A DNA stretch of 64,000 nt from an uncultured Candidatus Rokubacteria bacterium (GCA_963805625.1 CAWDVE010000010.1:672001-736000), one strand, 5' to 3'. Shown: positions 38,203 through 48,530, counted from the stretch's first letter. A program made the numbers and translations. The notes: generated from the sequence alone by a model not told the origin.

Positions 38203-40326
38203 TCAGGACGGGATGGGCTCCGACGAGCGGACCGACTGTGACGCCGGCACGAGTGCTGCGTCCACGGCCGTCTCGAACGCCTGCCGCAGCCGCTCGAGCC
38301 GCCGCGTGAAGGTCAATCCGATCCGGGCAAAGGCCTCGAACACCGCCTCGCGTCCGCCGTCGATCGAGAGATGGACGACGCGGGGCAGCTTGTCCAGGTC
38401 CGCCTGGACGCGCTCCTGGAGCTGCTGGACTACCTGGTGCAGCTCCTCCTTGCCCTTGCGAACCGACCCGAAGATCGGCAGGACGAAGAGGTCCGCACGG
38501 TCCTTCAGCCGCGAGAGCGCCGCGGTGGCCACGGGAATGACCTCGACGCCGAGCTCGTCCAGGTAACGGCGGAGACATTCCCCCACCTTGTCGGTGAGGA
38601 ACGCCTCGGGGACCGCCACCGCGCGGCGGAGACCCGGCCGGAACCAGGCAAGACCCGGGGCGAGCCACGGCCGTCCGGCCCCCGCCTCGCGCCGAAGGCT
38701 CTCCAGGTAGGCCGGGCCGAACTCGCCCTCCCACCACCGCTCGAGCGACCTGTCCGCAAACGGCGACTGCGGCGCCACCGTCTCCGGATCCCCATGGACC
38801 TCGGTCACGTACTCGTGGAAGTGCTTGTGGGCGATCATGTACGAGATCGCGTCCACGAGCCGCTCGGTGGACCATTTCTCGCCCATGGAAGCCCGCATCG
38901 TCCGGATGAAGGCCCGGCGACGGACGCTGTCGGTCGTCAGAAGGAAGTGCCGCGCCACCTTGAGGGCGATCCGCGCGAGGTCCCAGTCGAACCGGTTGGC
39001 CGCCCGCGTCTCCCGCTCCGGCCGCGGCTGGAAGGGCCGGAGGGCCTGGACCACGCGCGCGGCGTAGTTGTCGTAGCGGTAGAGCGACCGGATGAGCCAG
39101 TTGTAGCCGCGCTGGACCTCCGGGACGGTCATGAGCTTCGGGGTGAAGTTGAGGTCGGCGGCACCATGACCCATCACCGAGGCCGAGTCGTACGGCAGCA
39201 GTCGCCCCTCCTTCTCGAGCCGCGCGTGGAGCGGCGTTTTCTCGATCGCCGTCAGGACCCCGCACGTCGTGAAGGGGATGCCGGCCTCCATCAGGAAGTC
39301 GAACTGCTCCTCGAAGATCCGATGGTCGTCGTGGTCGAAGCCGACGATCATGCCGGCGACGATCATGAGGTTGTGCGACTGGATCAGCCGGATGCTGTCG
39401 AGCAGCGGCCGGTGGGCGTTCTGCCGCTTCTTCGACTCCATCAGGCTGTCGATGCGCGGGGACTCGATCCCGACGAAGATGCTCGTGAAGTTCGCGTCGC
39501 GCAGGAGCTCGAGCAGCCGGGGCCGTTCCGCCACCGTGATGGTCATCTCGGCCGAGAACTGGATGGGATAGTTGTTCTTCCGGCCGAAGTCCCCGAGGGC
39601 CTCCAGGAGCTGCTCCGCGAACTTCTGGTTCCCGATCAGGTTGGCGTCGGAGAAGCTCACGTACTTCCCGCCGAGCGCCGCGACCGTCTCGATCTCCTTG
39701 AGGATCTGCGGAATCGACTTCAGGCGCGGCACGCGGCCGTCGGTGATGATGATGTCGCAGAACTCGCACGCGAACGGGCAGCCGCGGGTCGTCTGCACGA
39801 AGTAGTAGAGGTAGTCGCCCTTGCGGATGAGATCGAACCGCGGCACCGGCGAGAGGCGCATGTCGATGTTGCCGACCTGCTTGTAGACGGGCTTGGGAGT
39901 TCCGGCCCGGAGGTCTTGGCAGAACTGCGGCCACGTGATCTCGGTCTCACCGTCGAACACGACGTCGAACGTCCCGTCCGTGAACCGCTCCGGGCAGAGC
40001 GTCGGATACGGCCCGCCCACGACGACCATCTTCCCGCGGCGGCGAAACTCCCTCGCCAGCTCGTGGGCCCGGTGGTACTGGACGTTCCAGCACCCGATCG
40101 CCACCACGTCGGCGTCGGTGTCGAGATTGATCGTCTCGACGTTCTCGTCCTGGAGCTCCACCGGAAAGTCGAGCGGCGTCATGCCCGCCACCGTCGCCAG
40201 CCCGAGCGGCGCCTGGCCGCAACGCACCCCGACGATCTCGTGGATCCCCTGGAAGCCCCAGAGCGACCGCGGGAACCGCGGATTGACGAACAGGATCTTC
40301 GGGGTCTTTTCGGCCAAGGAGATCAT
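38203..40326 (-). CDS. B12-binding radical SAM protein (DUF4070 type) with extra C-terminal domain
   Basis: PLGLATVA, VVVGGPY, RGCPFACEFC, GMIVGFDHD, TPLHARL. Confidence 0.88.
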   Translation of the reverse strand: MISLAEKTPKILFVNPRFPRSLWGFQGIHEIVGVRCGQAPLGLATVAGMTPLDFPVELQDENVETINLDTDADVVAIGCWNVQYHRAHELAREFRRRGKMVVVGGPYPTLCPERFTDGTFDVVFDGETEITWPQFCQDLRAGTPKPVYKQVGNIDMRLSPVPRFDLIRKGDYLYYFVQTTRGCPFACEFCDIIITDGRVPRLKSIPQILKEIETVAALGGKYVSFSDANLIGNQKFAEQLLEALGDFGRKNNYPIQFSAEMTITVAERPRLLELLRDANFTSIFVGIESPRIDSLMESKKRQNAHRPLLDSIRLIQSHNLMIVAGMIVGFDHDDHRIFEEQFDFLMEAGIPFTTCGVLTAIEKTPLHARLEKEGRLLPYDSASVMGHGAADLNFTPKLMTVPEVQRGYNWLIRSLYRYDNYAARVVQALRPFQPRPERETRAANRFDWDLARIALKVARHFLLTTDSVRRRAFIRTMRASMGEKWSTERLVDAISYMIAHKHFHEYVTEVHGDPETVAPQSPFADRSLERWWEGEFGPAYLESLRREAGAGRPWLAPGLAWFRPGLRRAVAVPEAFLTDKVGECLRRYLDELGVEVIPVATAALSRLKDRADLFVLPIFGSVRKGKEELHQVVQQLQERVQADLDKLPRVVHLSIDGGREAVFEAFARIGLTFTRRLERLRQAFETAVDAALVPASQSVRSSEPIPS

Positions 40327-40536
40327 GCCGAGCCTCCGTGGGAGAGTCACGCCGAGCGTGCTGAAACGTCGGTTAACAACTGCCACACCGTAGCATCCAG
40401 CTTCGCGCCCTGTCAACGCCGCCGCGTCCGCGCGGGGTGGTTTGGCGCGTCTTTCTGTCGCCGGACCCTCAGCTGGGCAATATACCACCCGTAGGGGGCA
40501 TTGGCGGTCTCCCCCTCTGCCCGTTGCATTTTCCGC

Positions 40537-40566
40537 TTGACAGGGCTGTACCCCCTCCCCTAGGAT
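40537..40566 (+). promoter_or_regulatory. Sigma70 promoter TTGACA-N18-TAGGAT
   Basis: TTGACA 40537-40542, TAGGAT 40561-40566. Confidence 0.65.
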
Positions 40567-40626
40567 CCCGCCAGAGACGCGCCGCACGTGAACGACGCGG
40601 GCGGCAGAGGAAGGAGGTGACGATCG

Positions 40627-40662
40627 GTGGCGAAGAAGAAGGCGACGAAGAAGAAGAAGTAA
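40627..40662 (+). CDS. 11-aa lysine-rich micropeptide MAKKKATKKKK
   Basis: Strong SD AAGGAGGTGA just upstream, GTG start, TAA stop, own promoter and terminator. Confidence 0.7.
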   Translation: MAKKKATKKKK

Positions 40663-40683
40663 GCGCGGTACCCATTCCACCTC

Positions 40684-40722
40684 GGAGGCCCCGCGGTCGC
40701 ACGGCGGGGCCTCCGCGCTTTC
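40684..40722 (+). terminator. Intrinsic terminator-like hairpin
   Basis: 11-bp perfect stem GGAGGCCCCGC/GCGGGGCCTCC followed by GCGCTTT. Confidence 0.6.
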
Positions 40723-40777
40723 GCGGAAGGCCGGGCACCGCCGGCGAGCCAGTAGGAGCCTCTGGTAGGGTAGCCCC

Positions 40778-41707
40778 GTGGCCCAGACGGAACGCGAGCT
40801 CCACGAGCACGAAGCCTACGCGCTCCTCTTCCTGACCAGCCTCATCTGGGCCGGGAACTTCATCGCTGGCAAGATCGCGCTCGAGGTCCTCGGCCCGATC
40901 ACGCTGACGGCCCTCCGGACCGTCCTCGCCCTGGGCGTCCTGCTCTGGTACGTCCGCTTTACCTATCAGACGTGGCCGAGCGTGGGGACAGGCGACTTCC
41001 GCATCTTCCTGACGTTAGCCCTCACGGGCCTCGTCACCAACACGACACTCTGGTATTACGGCCTCCACCGGACGTTGGCCATCAATGCTGCGATCCTCGG
41101 CGCGATGGGGCCGGTATTCGTCGCCCTGCTCTCGGCGACCTGGCTCCGCGAGCGGCTCTCTCGTCTGAACGTCCTGGGAATCCTGGTTTCCTCGGCGGGC
41201 GTCGTCCTGACGGTGACGCGGGGGTCACTCCGGGCCCTCTTGGACCTCGATCTCCACCCGGGCGACTTCTTCATCCTGGCCGGCCAGACCATCTGGGCGT
41301 TCTACTCCGTCTACGCACGCCAGGTGTCCCGCCGGTACCCCCCGACCGTCATTACGGCAGGCACCTACATCGTCTCGGCCGGCTTCCTGGTCCCGCTCTC
41401 GCTGATCGAACGTCCCTGGACGGCGATCCCCCACATGACGCTCGGCACGGTGCTGGCCGTCCTCTACGCGGCGACGCTGGTCACCGTCTCGCACATCTGG
41501 TTCTACTGGGGGATCCGCGTTGTCTCCGCGGCGGTGGCGTCTCTCACGGTGAACCTCATCCCGTTCGAGGTGCTGGCCGTGTCGTGGCTCCTCCTGGGCG
41601 AGGCCGTGACCTGGGCCCACGTGGTCGGCGCCCTGGTTGTCATCGCCGGCGTCGCCCTGGCCACCCGCCGCGGGGATCCCTCCCCGGAGCCGACAGACCG
41701 GCGTTAG
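40778..41707 (+). CDS. DMT/EamA family transporter
   Basis: IWAGNF, 10 TM segments, two EamA repeats, LLGE. Confidence 0.9.
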   Translation: MAQTERELHEHEAYALLFLTSLIWAGNFIAGKIALEVLGPITLTALRTVLALGVLLWYVRFTYQTWPSVGTGDFRIFLTLALTGLVTNTTLWYYGLHRTLAINAAILGAMGPVFVALLSATWLRERLSRLNVLGILVSSAGVVLTVTRGSLRALLDLDLHPGDFFILAGQTIWAFYSVYARQVSRRYPPTVITAGTYIVSAGFLVPLSLIERPWTAIPHMTLGTVLAVLYAATLVTVSHIWFYWGIRVVSAAVASLTVNLIPFEVLAVSWLLLGEAVTWAHVVGALVVIAGVALATRRGDPSPEPTDRR

Positions 41708-43470
41708 GAGCGAGACTGGCGGGATCCCGGCGGCGCCGGGCGGACGAGCGCCTCGAGCGCCCGGCCGAGAGCCGCCCGACCGCGAAGCCGCCGCACGTAG
41801 GGTCCCTCGCCACGACCGCCCTTCGCGCGAATCATCCCGACGAGACGCGCCCGGCTCGCCACTGACCACCGGTCGAGGTCGGGCACCAGCGCGAGCACGA
41901 GAGCCCACTGGCGGAAGGCCCGGCGCTCGGCGTCCGTCCACCCGGCGAGCCGCCGCAGCCCGAGGGCCCGGGTCACCCGGCGTATCGCGTCGCGCGTGGC
42001 AGCCTCGCGGTCCCCACCATGACGCCGCGCGACGTCCCGCGTCACCAGCGCGGCCAGATCGCGTGCCCGCAGACGGCGCTCCGGCTCGGGGCTGCCGCCG
42101 GGCAGCGTGAGGCAAGTCTCCTCCCGCGCGAGGCGCCGGAGCATCGAGAGGGGCGAGCGGTACCGCCGGTCGCGAGCGATCTTCCCGAGCTCTTCCTCAA
42201 GGACGCGCCGGACCGCCTCGGTCCGCGGGCGGAACCCCAGGTGCTGGTAGAAGTAGAAGGCCCCGGACCGGAGCGCTTCGGGGTTGCCCTCCCCCAGCTG
42301 GTAGGGATCCACCACCACCGTGCGCATGCCGAAGACCTGGTGATACGCGCGGAGGGCCTGGCCGAGGATCCACGCGGACTCCCCCTGCCGGAAGGACTCG
42401 AAGACATTGAACCCGAACTCCAGCGTTTCGAAGAGGCACCACCCGCCGCCGTAGCTCACCGGCACGCCGTTCCGAATCGCGAGGAAAGCGTAGTAGCCCT
42501 CGAACGGCAGCCGGAATGCCGGCTCGAGCCCGATCAGCACCACGCGCAGCCCGCGCCCCGCCTCCCCCACCAGCACGTCCTCGACGTTTGGATACGAGAA
42601 GGCGTGGAGCTCCCGCGAGCGGGTGACCATGGCGACGCGCGCGGTCTCGATCAGCTCCTCGGCCACGGCCGGCGAGGCGCGGCGAAGCGACGGGAGCGGC
42701 CGCGTCGCCTCTCGGACGACGTCCACGCCGGCGCGCCGGAGCGGCGTCCGCTGGAAGACCGGGCGCTCCACCGGGCGCTTGGCCATGGTTCGCGAGACCC
42801 CCGGGGCCGCCAGGCGGATCCGCACCGGCAACCCGAGACTCTCGTACAGCCAGTCCCGCAGTCTCGGGTCGAGCGGTGCGCGATCGAAGGCCTCGACCAG
42901 CACCTGGAGATCGGTGAGCCGCCGCCCGGCTCGCGCCACCTCGAGCCATCGGCGCACCGTGAAGCCGCCCTCGCTGAAGGCGTCGCTCTCGGACGGGGTG
43001 ACCACGAGGTCCAGCGCGTCCGCGATTTTTTCCGCGTCCGGGATCCCCGCCCAGCCGATATCGGCATGAATGCCGAGCCGCGCCGCCAGCCAGCGGCTCA
43101 GCGGAAGGCCGTAGGGATACTCGAGGATCGAGCCGGCGATGCCGGAGTCCTGAAGGCGCGCCTCGCCTCGGGGCCCGAGCCTCCGGGTGCGCGCGGAAAA
43201 ATCGCGCAGGAGGCCGTCTACACGGCCGAGGATCTCACGGTCGTCCGGGTACGCCTGGAGAAAGCAGAGCGTCTCGTGGAGCCGGACGAGCGCGGCGGGC
43301 TCAGCGATGGGCGTGGCCGCGATTGCCGCGAGAAGCCGCCGCTTGGCGACCCGGACTTTCGGTGAGAACTGTGAGGCGACGACCGCCAGGGCCGCCACGA
43401 GCCCGGCGCCACCCGGTGCAGCCCCCGGTCCTCTCGCCGGCCTCCGGGAGTCGCCCGCGTGAGCCATCAC
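41704..43470 (-). CDS. Hypothetical protein (588 aa) with possible GNAT-like C-terminal region
   Basis: Long GC3-biased ORF; PVSYGGGW, FNVFESFR.GES, GAFYFYQHLGFRP. Confidence 0.65.
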   Translation of the reverse strand: MMAHAGDSRRPARGPGAAPGGAGLVAALAVVASQFSPKVRVAKRRLLAAIAATPIAEPAALVRLHETLCFLQAYPDDREILGRVDGLLRDFSARTRRLGPRGEARLQDSGIAGSILEYPYGLPLSRWLAARLGIHADIGWAGIPDAEKIADALDLVVTPSESDAFSEGGFTVRRWLEVARAGRRLTDLQVLVEAFDRAPLDPRLRDWLYESLGLPVRIRLAAPGVSRTMAKRPVERPVFQRTPLRRAGVDVVREATRPLPSLRRASPAVAEELIETARVAMVTRSRELHAFSYPNVEDVLVGEAGRGLRVVLIGLEPAFRLPFEGYYAFLAIRNGVPVSYGGGWCLFETLEFGFNVFESFRQGESAWILGQALRAYHQVFGMRTVVVDPYQLGEGNPEALRSGAFYFYQHLGFRPRTEAVRRVLEEELGKIARDRRYRSPLSMLRRLAREETCLTLPGGSPEPERRLRARDLAALVTRDVARRHGGDREAATRDAIRRVTRALGLRRLAGWTDAERRAFRQWALVLALVPDLDRWSVASRARLVGMIRAKGGRGEGPYVRRLRGRAALGRALEALVRPAPPGSRQSRS

Positions 43471-43498
43471 CCGAGTCGGAAGCCTCCGGAGCCGCGCC

Positions 43499-43996
43499 CT
43501 ACGCGCGGGCCTTCCGACGCTTGACCTTCTCGGGTTCCTTCGGCTCCTTCTTGATGAGCCCCTTCACCTCGTCCATGAACTGGGTCACGTCGTTGAACTG
43601 GCGGTAGACGGAGGCGAAGCGGACATAGGCGACCTGGTCGAGTCGCTGGAGGCGCGCCATCACGAGCTCCCCCAGCTCCCGGCTCGATACTTCCTTCTCA
43701 GCCCGCTCGTGAAGCTTGCCCTCGATGTCGCTCACCACGTCGTCGACCGCCTGCACCCCGACCGAGCGCTTCTCGCAGGCCTTCAGGACCGAGTTTCTCA
43801 GCTTGGCGCGGTCGAAGGGCTCCCGCCGCCCGTCACGTTTCACGACCATCGGCAGGATGTCTTCGATGTACTCGTACGTCGTGTAGCGCCGGTTGCACTT
43901 CAGGCACTCGCGGCGGCGGCGGATGAACTCCCCTTCTCGGCCGACCCGGGAGTCGACGACGCGATCCTCCGTGTGGCCGCAGAACGGACACTTCAC
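43499..43996 (-). CDS. nrdR: Transcriptional repressor NrdR
   Basis: [30 protein letters not shown] cone, [13 protein letters not shown]. Confidence 0.97.
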   Translation of the reverse strand: MKCPFCGHTEDRVVDSRVGREGEFIRRRRECLKCNRRYTTYEYIEDILPMVVKRDGRREPFDRAKLRNSVLKACEKRSVGVQAVDDVVSDIEGKLHERAEKEVSSRELGELVMARLQRLDQVAYVRFASVYRQFNDVTQFMDEVKGLIKKEPKEPEKVKRRKARA

Positions 43997-45246
43997 GCGA
44001 GACGCTCCAGGTAGAGCGGAAAGCGACCCGCGAGGGACGCCACATCCACCCGTACCGAGGCCTCGGCCTTCTGGTCGCCGCGCGCCCTGAGGACGCGGTC
44101 GATCAGACCCGCGATGGCGTCCATCTCGGGCTCCTTCATGCCCCGCGTGGTGACCGCCGGCGTGCCGACACGGATCCCGCTCGTGACCATGGGGCTCCGC
44201 GTCTCGAACGGGATCGTGTTCTTGTTCACGGTGATCCAGGCGCGGTCGAGCGCCTCCTGGGCCTCCTTGCCGGTGAGCCCCGTCGCGGTGAGGTCGACCA
44301 GCATGAGGTGGGTGTCCGTCCCGCCCGTCACCAGGCGATGACCGCGCCGCATGAGCGCGTCGGCCAGCGCCCGGGCGTTGGCGGTGATCTGCCGCTGGTA
44401 CGCCCGCCAGTCGGGCGTCAACGCCTCGCGGAGGCCGACGGCCTTCGCGGCAATCACGTGCATGAGCGGCCCGCCCTGCATGCCGGGCATCACGACCTTG
44501 TCGAGGGCCTGCGCATGGGCAGCCCGGCACATGATCATTCCACCCCGGGGTCCCCGGAGCGTCTTGTGGGTGGTCGTGGTGACGAAGTCGGCGTGGGGAA
44601 TCGGCGTCGGGTGGAGCCCTGCCGCGACCAGCCCCGCCGGGTGCGCGATGTCCGCCATCAGGAGGCACCCGAACTCGTCGGCGATCTCGCGGAACGGCTT
44701 GAAGTCGATGGCCCTCGGGAAGGCCGAGCCGCCGGCGACGAGGAGCTTCGGACGATGCTCGCGGCAGAGGTCGCGCACCTGCTCGAGATCGATCCGCTCG
44801 TCCTCACGACGGACGCCGTACGGCACGATCCGGTAGAGCTTGCCGGAAAAGTTCACCGGGCTACCCATGGTCAGATGACCGCCGTGCGCGAGATTCGGTG
44901 CGACAATCGTGTCGCCGGGCGACAGCACGGTGAAATAGACCGCCATGTTGGCCTGGGACCCCGAGTGCGGCTGGACGTTCACGTGCTCCGCGCCGAACAG
45001 CTGCTTGGCGCGCTGGATGGCCAGCTCTTCCACCGTGTCCACGTTCTCGCACCCGCCGTAGTACCGGCGGCCCGGATAGCCCTCGGCGTATTTGTTCGTC
45101 ATGACGGAGCCGACGGCCTCGAGCACCGCCTCGGAGACGAAGTTCTCGGAGGCGATCAACTCGAGGTTCCGCGACTGGCGCTCCGTCTCGAGCCGGATCG
45201 CCTTGGCAACCTCGGGATCGGCCTGCTCGAGCCATCGCATGGGCAT
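43993..45246 (-). CDS. glyA: Serine hydroxymethyltransferase
   Basis: [35 protein letters not shown]. Confidence 0.98.
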   Translation of the reverse strand: MPMRWLEQADPEVAKAIRLETERQSRNLELIASENFVSEAVLEAVGSVMTNKYAEGYPGRRYYGGCENVDTVEELAIQRAKQLFGAEHVNVQPHSGSQANMAVYFTVLSPGDTIVAPNLAHGGHLTMGSPVNFSGKLYRIVPYGVRREDERIDLEQVRDLCREHRPKLLVAGGSAFPRAIDFKPFREIADEFGCLLMADIAHPAGLVAAGLHPTPIPHADFVTTTTHKTLRGPRGGMIMCRAAHAQALDKVVMPGMQGGPLMHVIAAKAVGLREALTPDWRAYQRQITANARALADALMRRGHRLVTGGTDTHLMLVDLTATGLTGKEAQEALDRAWITVNKNTIPFETRSPMVTSGIRVGTPAVTTRGMKEPEMDAIAGLIDRVLRARGDQKAEASVRVDVASLAGRFPLYLERLA

Positions 45247-45357
45247 TCTTCTCCTCTGGCGGGGTCGCTGATCGCCCCCACCCTACTGGGCGGTCTCGGG
45301 AGTGTCAAGGCGCGCCCAGTCACGCGACTATACAGTCACGCCGCTATAATAGACGAC

Positions 45358-45669
45358 GTGTCGCGCCTGGTTCGTGTCGCGTCGGTCGGAGAGATCCCGG
45401 TCGGCCGGGGCAAGTCTCTGGAGGTCGACGGCGTTCCGCTCGCCGTTTTCAACACCGGTGGCGGCTACTACCAGGTCCTGTCGGGCTCGTGCCCTCACGA
45501 GGGTGGCCCCCTGGGCAACGGGGTCCTCCTCGGAAACAGCGTCGTGTGCCCCTGGCACGGCTTCGACTTCGATGTTCGCACCGGCGCCTGCAACGTCACG
45601 CCCGATCTGTCCGTGACAGTGTACCCGGTATGCGTCGCGGGCTCCGACGTCCTCGTCGAGCTACCCTGA
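45358..45669 (+). CDS. Rieske [2Fe-2S] ferredoxin
   Basis: CPHEGGPL...CPWHG; TATAAT 7 nt before GTG. Confidence 0.9.
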   Translation: MSRLVRVASVGEIPVGRGKSLEVDGVPLAVFNTGGGYYQVLSGSCPHEGGPLGNGVLLGNSVVCPWHGFDFDVRTGACNVTPDLSVTVYPVCVAGSDVLVELP

Positions 45670-45677
45670 GCCGACCG

Positions 45678-46928
45678 GTGCGCCGCCGTCTCTTGCCCAT
45701 CGGCATTACGCTCGCGATCCTCGCCGCCGCCGCCTACGGCACCTGGGTCTGGCTCGCCGGGCGCCACCAGGTATCCACCGAGGATGCGTACGTCGAGGGC
45801 GCGGTGGTGGTGATCAGCGCGCGCGTCCCCGGTCCGGTGGGGAGGGTGCACGTGCGTGACAACGAGAACGTGCAGGCGGGCCAGCTCCTCGTCGAGATTG
45901 ATCCCCGTGACTCTCAGATCCGCGTCGAGCAGGCACGGGCCGCCGTCGCCATGGCAACGGCCGAGGCGCGGGGTGCCCGCTCCGAGGTCCCTCTGGCTCG
46001 CGAGAGCACCGAGAGTCGTCTCCAGCAGGCTCGGGCGACCCTCGCCGCGGCCCGGGTTGCCGTGGACGTCGGCCGCGCCGAGGAGGAGGAGGCCCGGGCG
46101 CGCGTACACAGCCGCCGGGCGGCCGCCGCGGCCGCCCAGGCCGACGTCGCCCTCGCCGAATCCACGGCCGACCGGACGAAACTCGACCTGGACCGTTCCA
46201 GCCGGCTGGCGATCGGGGGCCTCATCGCCCAGCAGGAGCTCGATGCGATCCGAACCTCCCATCGCTCGGCGCTCGCCATGCTGGACGCCGCCCGCCGAAG
46301 ACTGGCCCAGGCGGAGCGCGACACGGAGGCGGCAGAGGTGGAGACGCGCCGGCGGGCGCTGTCCGTCCAGCAGGCCGAGCGCCGGGTCGACGAAGCCGAG
46401 GCCCTGGTGGCCGATGCGCAGTCCCAGCAGACCCAGGTCCCCGTCAAGGAGGCCGCAGCGGGCCGCGCGGGGGCGAGCATCGAGCAGGCGCAGGCGGAGC
46501 TGGCCGCCGCGGAGCTCCAGCTGGCCAAGACCCGGATCGTGGCCCCGGTCGCGGGAACGGTCTCGAAGAAGACCGTCGAGCCCGGTCAGATGGTCCAGGT
46601 CAGCCAGCCGCTCCTCGCCATCGTCTCGCTCGAGGGAGTCTGGGTCGTTGCGAACCTCAAGGAGACCCAGGTCGGCCGTGTCCGCTCCGGGCAGCCGGTG
46701 ACCATCCGAGTGGACACGTTTCCCGACCGCGTCTTCCGCGGCCGCGTGGACTCGATCAGCGCCGGGACCGGCGCTCGCTTCAGCCTGCTGCCCCCCGAGA
46801 ACGCCTCGGGCAACTGGGTGAAGGTAGTCCAGCGGGTGCCCGTCAAGATCCTGCTGGAGGATTACCATGCGAACCCGCATCTCTTGCGGGCCGGCATGTC
46901 CGCCCTGGTCACGATCGACGTCCGGTAG
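45678..46928 (+). CDS. emrA: EmrA/HlyD family efflux adaptor
   Basis: STEDAYV, coiled coil, FSLLPPENASGNWVKVVQRVPV. Confidence 0.9.
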   Translation: MRRRLLPIGITLAILAAAAYGTWVWLAGRHQVSTEDAYVEGAVVVISARVPGPVGRVHVRDNENVQAGQLLVEIDPRDSQIRVEQARAAVAMATAEARGARSEVPLARESTESRLQQARATLAAARVAVDVGRAEEEEARARVHSRRAAAAAAQADVALAESTADRTKLDLDRSSRLAIGGLIAQQELDAIRTSHRSALAMLDAARRRLAQAERDTEAAEVETRRRALSVQQAERRVDEAEALVADAQSQQTQVPVKEAAAGRAGASIEQAQAELAAAELQLAKTRIVAPVAGTVSKKTVEPGQMVQVSQPLLAIVSLEGVWVVANLKETQVGRVRSGQPVTIRVDTFPDRVFRGRVDSISAGTGARFSLLPPENASGNWVKVVQRVPVKILLEDYHANPHLLRAGMSALVTIDVR

Positions 46929-46955
46929 CCGCCCGACCCCGCGCCGGCGCGCGCC

Positions 46956-48530
46956 ATGACCGCCGAACGCCCCGGGCAGCGTTGGGGCATCACGATCGCC
47001 GTCATGCTGGTGGCGACGATGCAGATCCTCGACACGAGCGTGACCAACGTCGCCCTGCCCCACATGCAGGGCAGTCTGTCCGCCTCCCTGGACGAGATCA
47101 CCTGGGTCCTCACGTCGTTCATCGCGGCCAACGCGGTCATCCTGCCGGCGACGGGCTGGCTGGTCGCGCGTCTGGGTCGCCGCCGCTTCTTCCTGCTCGC
47201 GACCGCAACGTTCATGGTGAGCTCGCTCCTCTCCGGAGCGGCCCCCAGCCTCGAACTCCTGATCGGCGCCCGCCTGCTCCAGGGCCTGGGTGGGGGTCCC
47301 CTAATCCCACTCGCCCAGGCCATCCTGCTCGAGATCTTCCCGCCGCGTCAGCGCGGGACGGCCATGGCCATCTGGGGTCTCGGCATCATGGTCGCGCCCA
47401 TCGTGGGCCCGACCGTCGGCGGCTGGATCACGGAGAACTACTCGTGGCGCTGGATCTTCTACGTGAACCTGCCCTTCGGCGCCCTCGCGCTGGCTCTCGG
47501 GAGCGCCTTCCTGGAGGACCCGCCGAGATCGGCGCCCGACTCCGGAGCGTCCCGCCTCCGGTTCGACGGGGTCGGTCTCGCGCTCCTGGTGGCCGGCATC
47601 GGATCGCTCCAGATCGCCCTGGATCAGGGCGAGCGGCTCGACTGGTTCGACTCGTCCGCGATCACAACCCTGGTCATCGTGGCTGTCGTCGCGCTCACCG
47701 GCTTCGTACTGTGGGAGCTTCGCGTCCCGCACCCGCTCGTCGATCTGCGGGTCCTCGGGAACCGAACGTTCGCGCTGGGAACCTTCCTGATCACCGTCGT
47801 CGGCTTCGGGCTGTACTCGAGCTTCCTGCTCCTCACCTTCTACACGGAGCACCTTCTGCGATACGACGCGCTCACTGCCGGGTGGGTGCTGGCGCCGGGC
47901 GGAATGGGCTCGCTCATCTCGCTGGCGATCGGCGGCCGTCTGGTCGATCGCATCGATCCCCGGTGGCTCGTCTCCCTCGGAACGGGCATCATTGCCTACT
48001 CGCTCTTCCTCATGGGCACGCTGAGCCTCGGCGCCGACTTCTGGGCCGTCCTCTGGCCGCGCTTCGTCCAGGGGTTCGGCATGGGGCTCGTCTTCGTCCC
48101 GCTGACCACGATGGCGCTGACCGCCGTGTCCCCGGCCGAGCTGCCGACCGCGAGCGGGCTCTTCAACGTCGTGCGGAACGTCGGGGGAAGCGTCGGGATC
48201 GCGGTGACCACGACCTGGCTCTCCCGCCAGACGCAGGTGCACATGGCCACGCTGATCGGTCACGTCACGCCCTGGAGCGCCGCGACGGCGGATCGCCTCG
48301 CCCGCCTCCAGGACGTCTACCTCGCCGCCGGAGCCGACGCCGACACCGCCCGACGTCAGGCCCTCCGGCACCTCTATGAGGAGGTGCAGCGCCAGGCTTC
48401 GATGAACGCGTTCGCCGACGACTTCCTGCGTCTGGCGGCGCTCTTCGCCGTGATGGTCCCGCTCGTGTGGGTGATGCGCCGCCCGTCGGACGTGCCGCAG
48501 CCTCAGCCGGTCGAGGTCGAGGCCGTCTGA
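46956..48530 (+). CDS. emrB: EmrB/QacA DHA2 MFS efflux permease
   Basis: MQILDTSVTNVALPHM, WRWIFYVN.P, RNVGGSVGIA. Confidence 0.92.
   Translation: MTAERPGQRWGITIAVMLVATMQILDTSVTNVALPHMQGSLSASLDEITWVLTSFIAANAVILPATGWLVARLGRRRFFLLATATFMVSSLLSGAAPSLELLIGARLLQGLGGGPLIPLAQAILLEIFPPRQRGTAMAIWGLGIMVAPIVGPTVGGWITENYSWRWIFYVNLPFGALALALGSAFLEDPPRSAPDSGASRLRFDGVGLALLVAGIGSLQIALDQGERLDWFDSSAITTLVIVAVVALTGFVLWELRVPHPLVDLRVLGNRTFALGTFLITVVGFGLYSSFLLLTFYTEHLLRYDALTAGWVLAPGGMGSLISLAIGGRLVDRIDPRWLVSLGTGIIAYSLFLMGTLSLGADFWAVLWPRFVQGFGMGLVFVPLTTMALTAVSPAELPTASGLFNVVRNVGGSVGIAVTTTWLSRQTQVHMATLIGHVTPWSAATADRLARLQDVYLAAGADADTARRQALRHLYEEVQRQASMNAFADDFLRLAALFAVMVPLVWVMRRPSDVPQPQPVEVEAV

Noticed and set aside
43499-44668. 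Long N-terminal extensions in the ORF track (nrdR 389 aa, meaB 492 aa, rimI 330 aa, Rieske 453 aa, TusA 237 aa)
   Set aside because: Upstream parts overlap other genes out of frame; true starts lie downstream, at family-typical positions.
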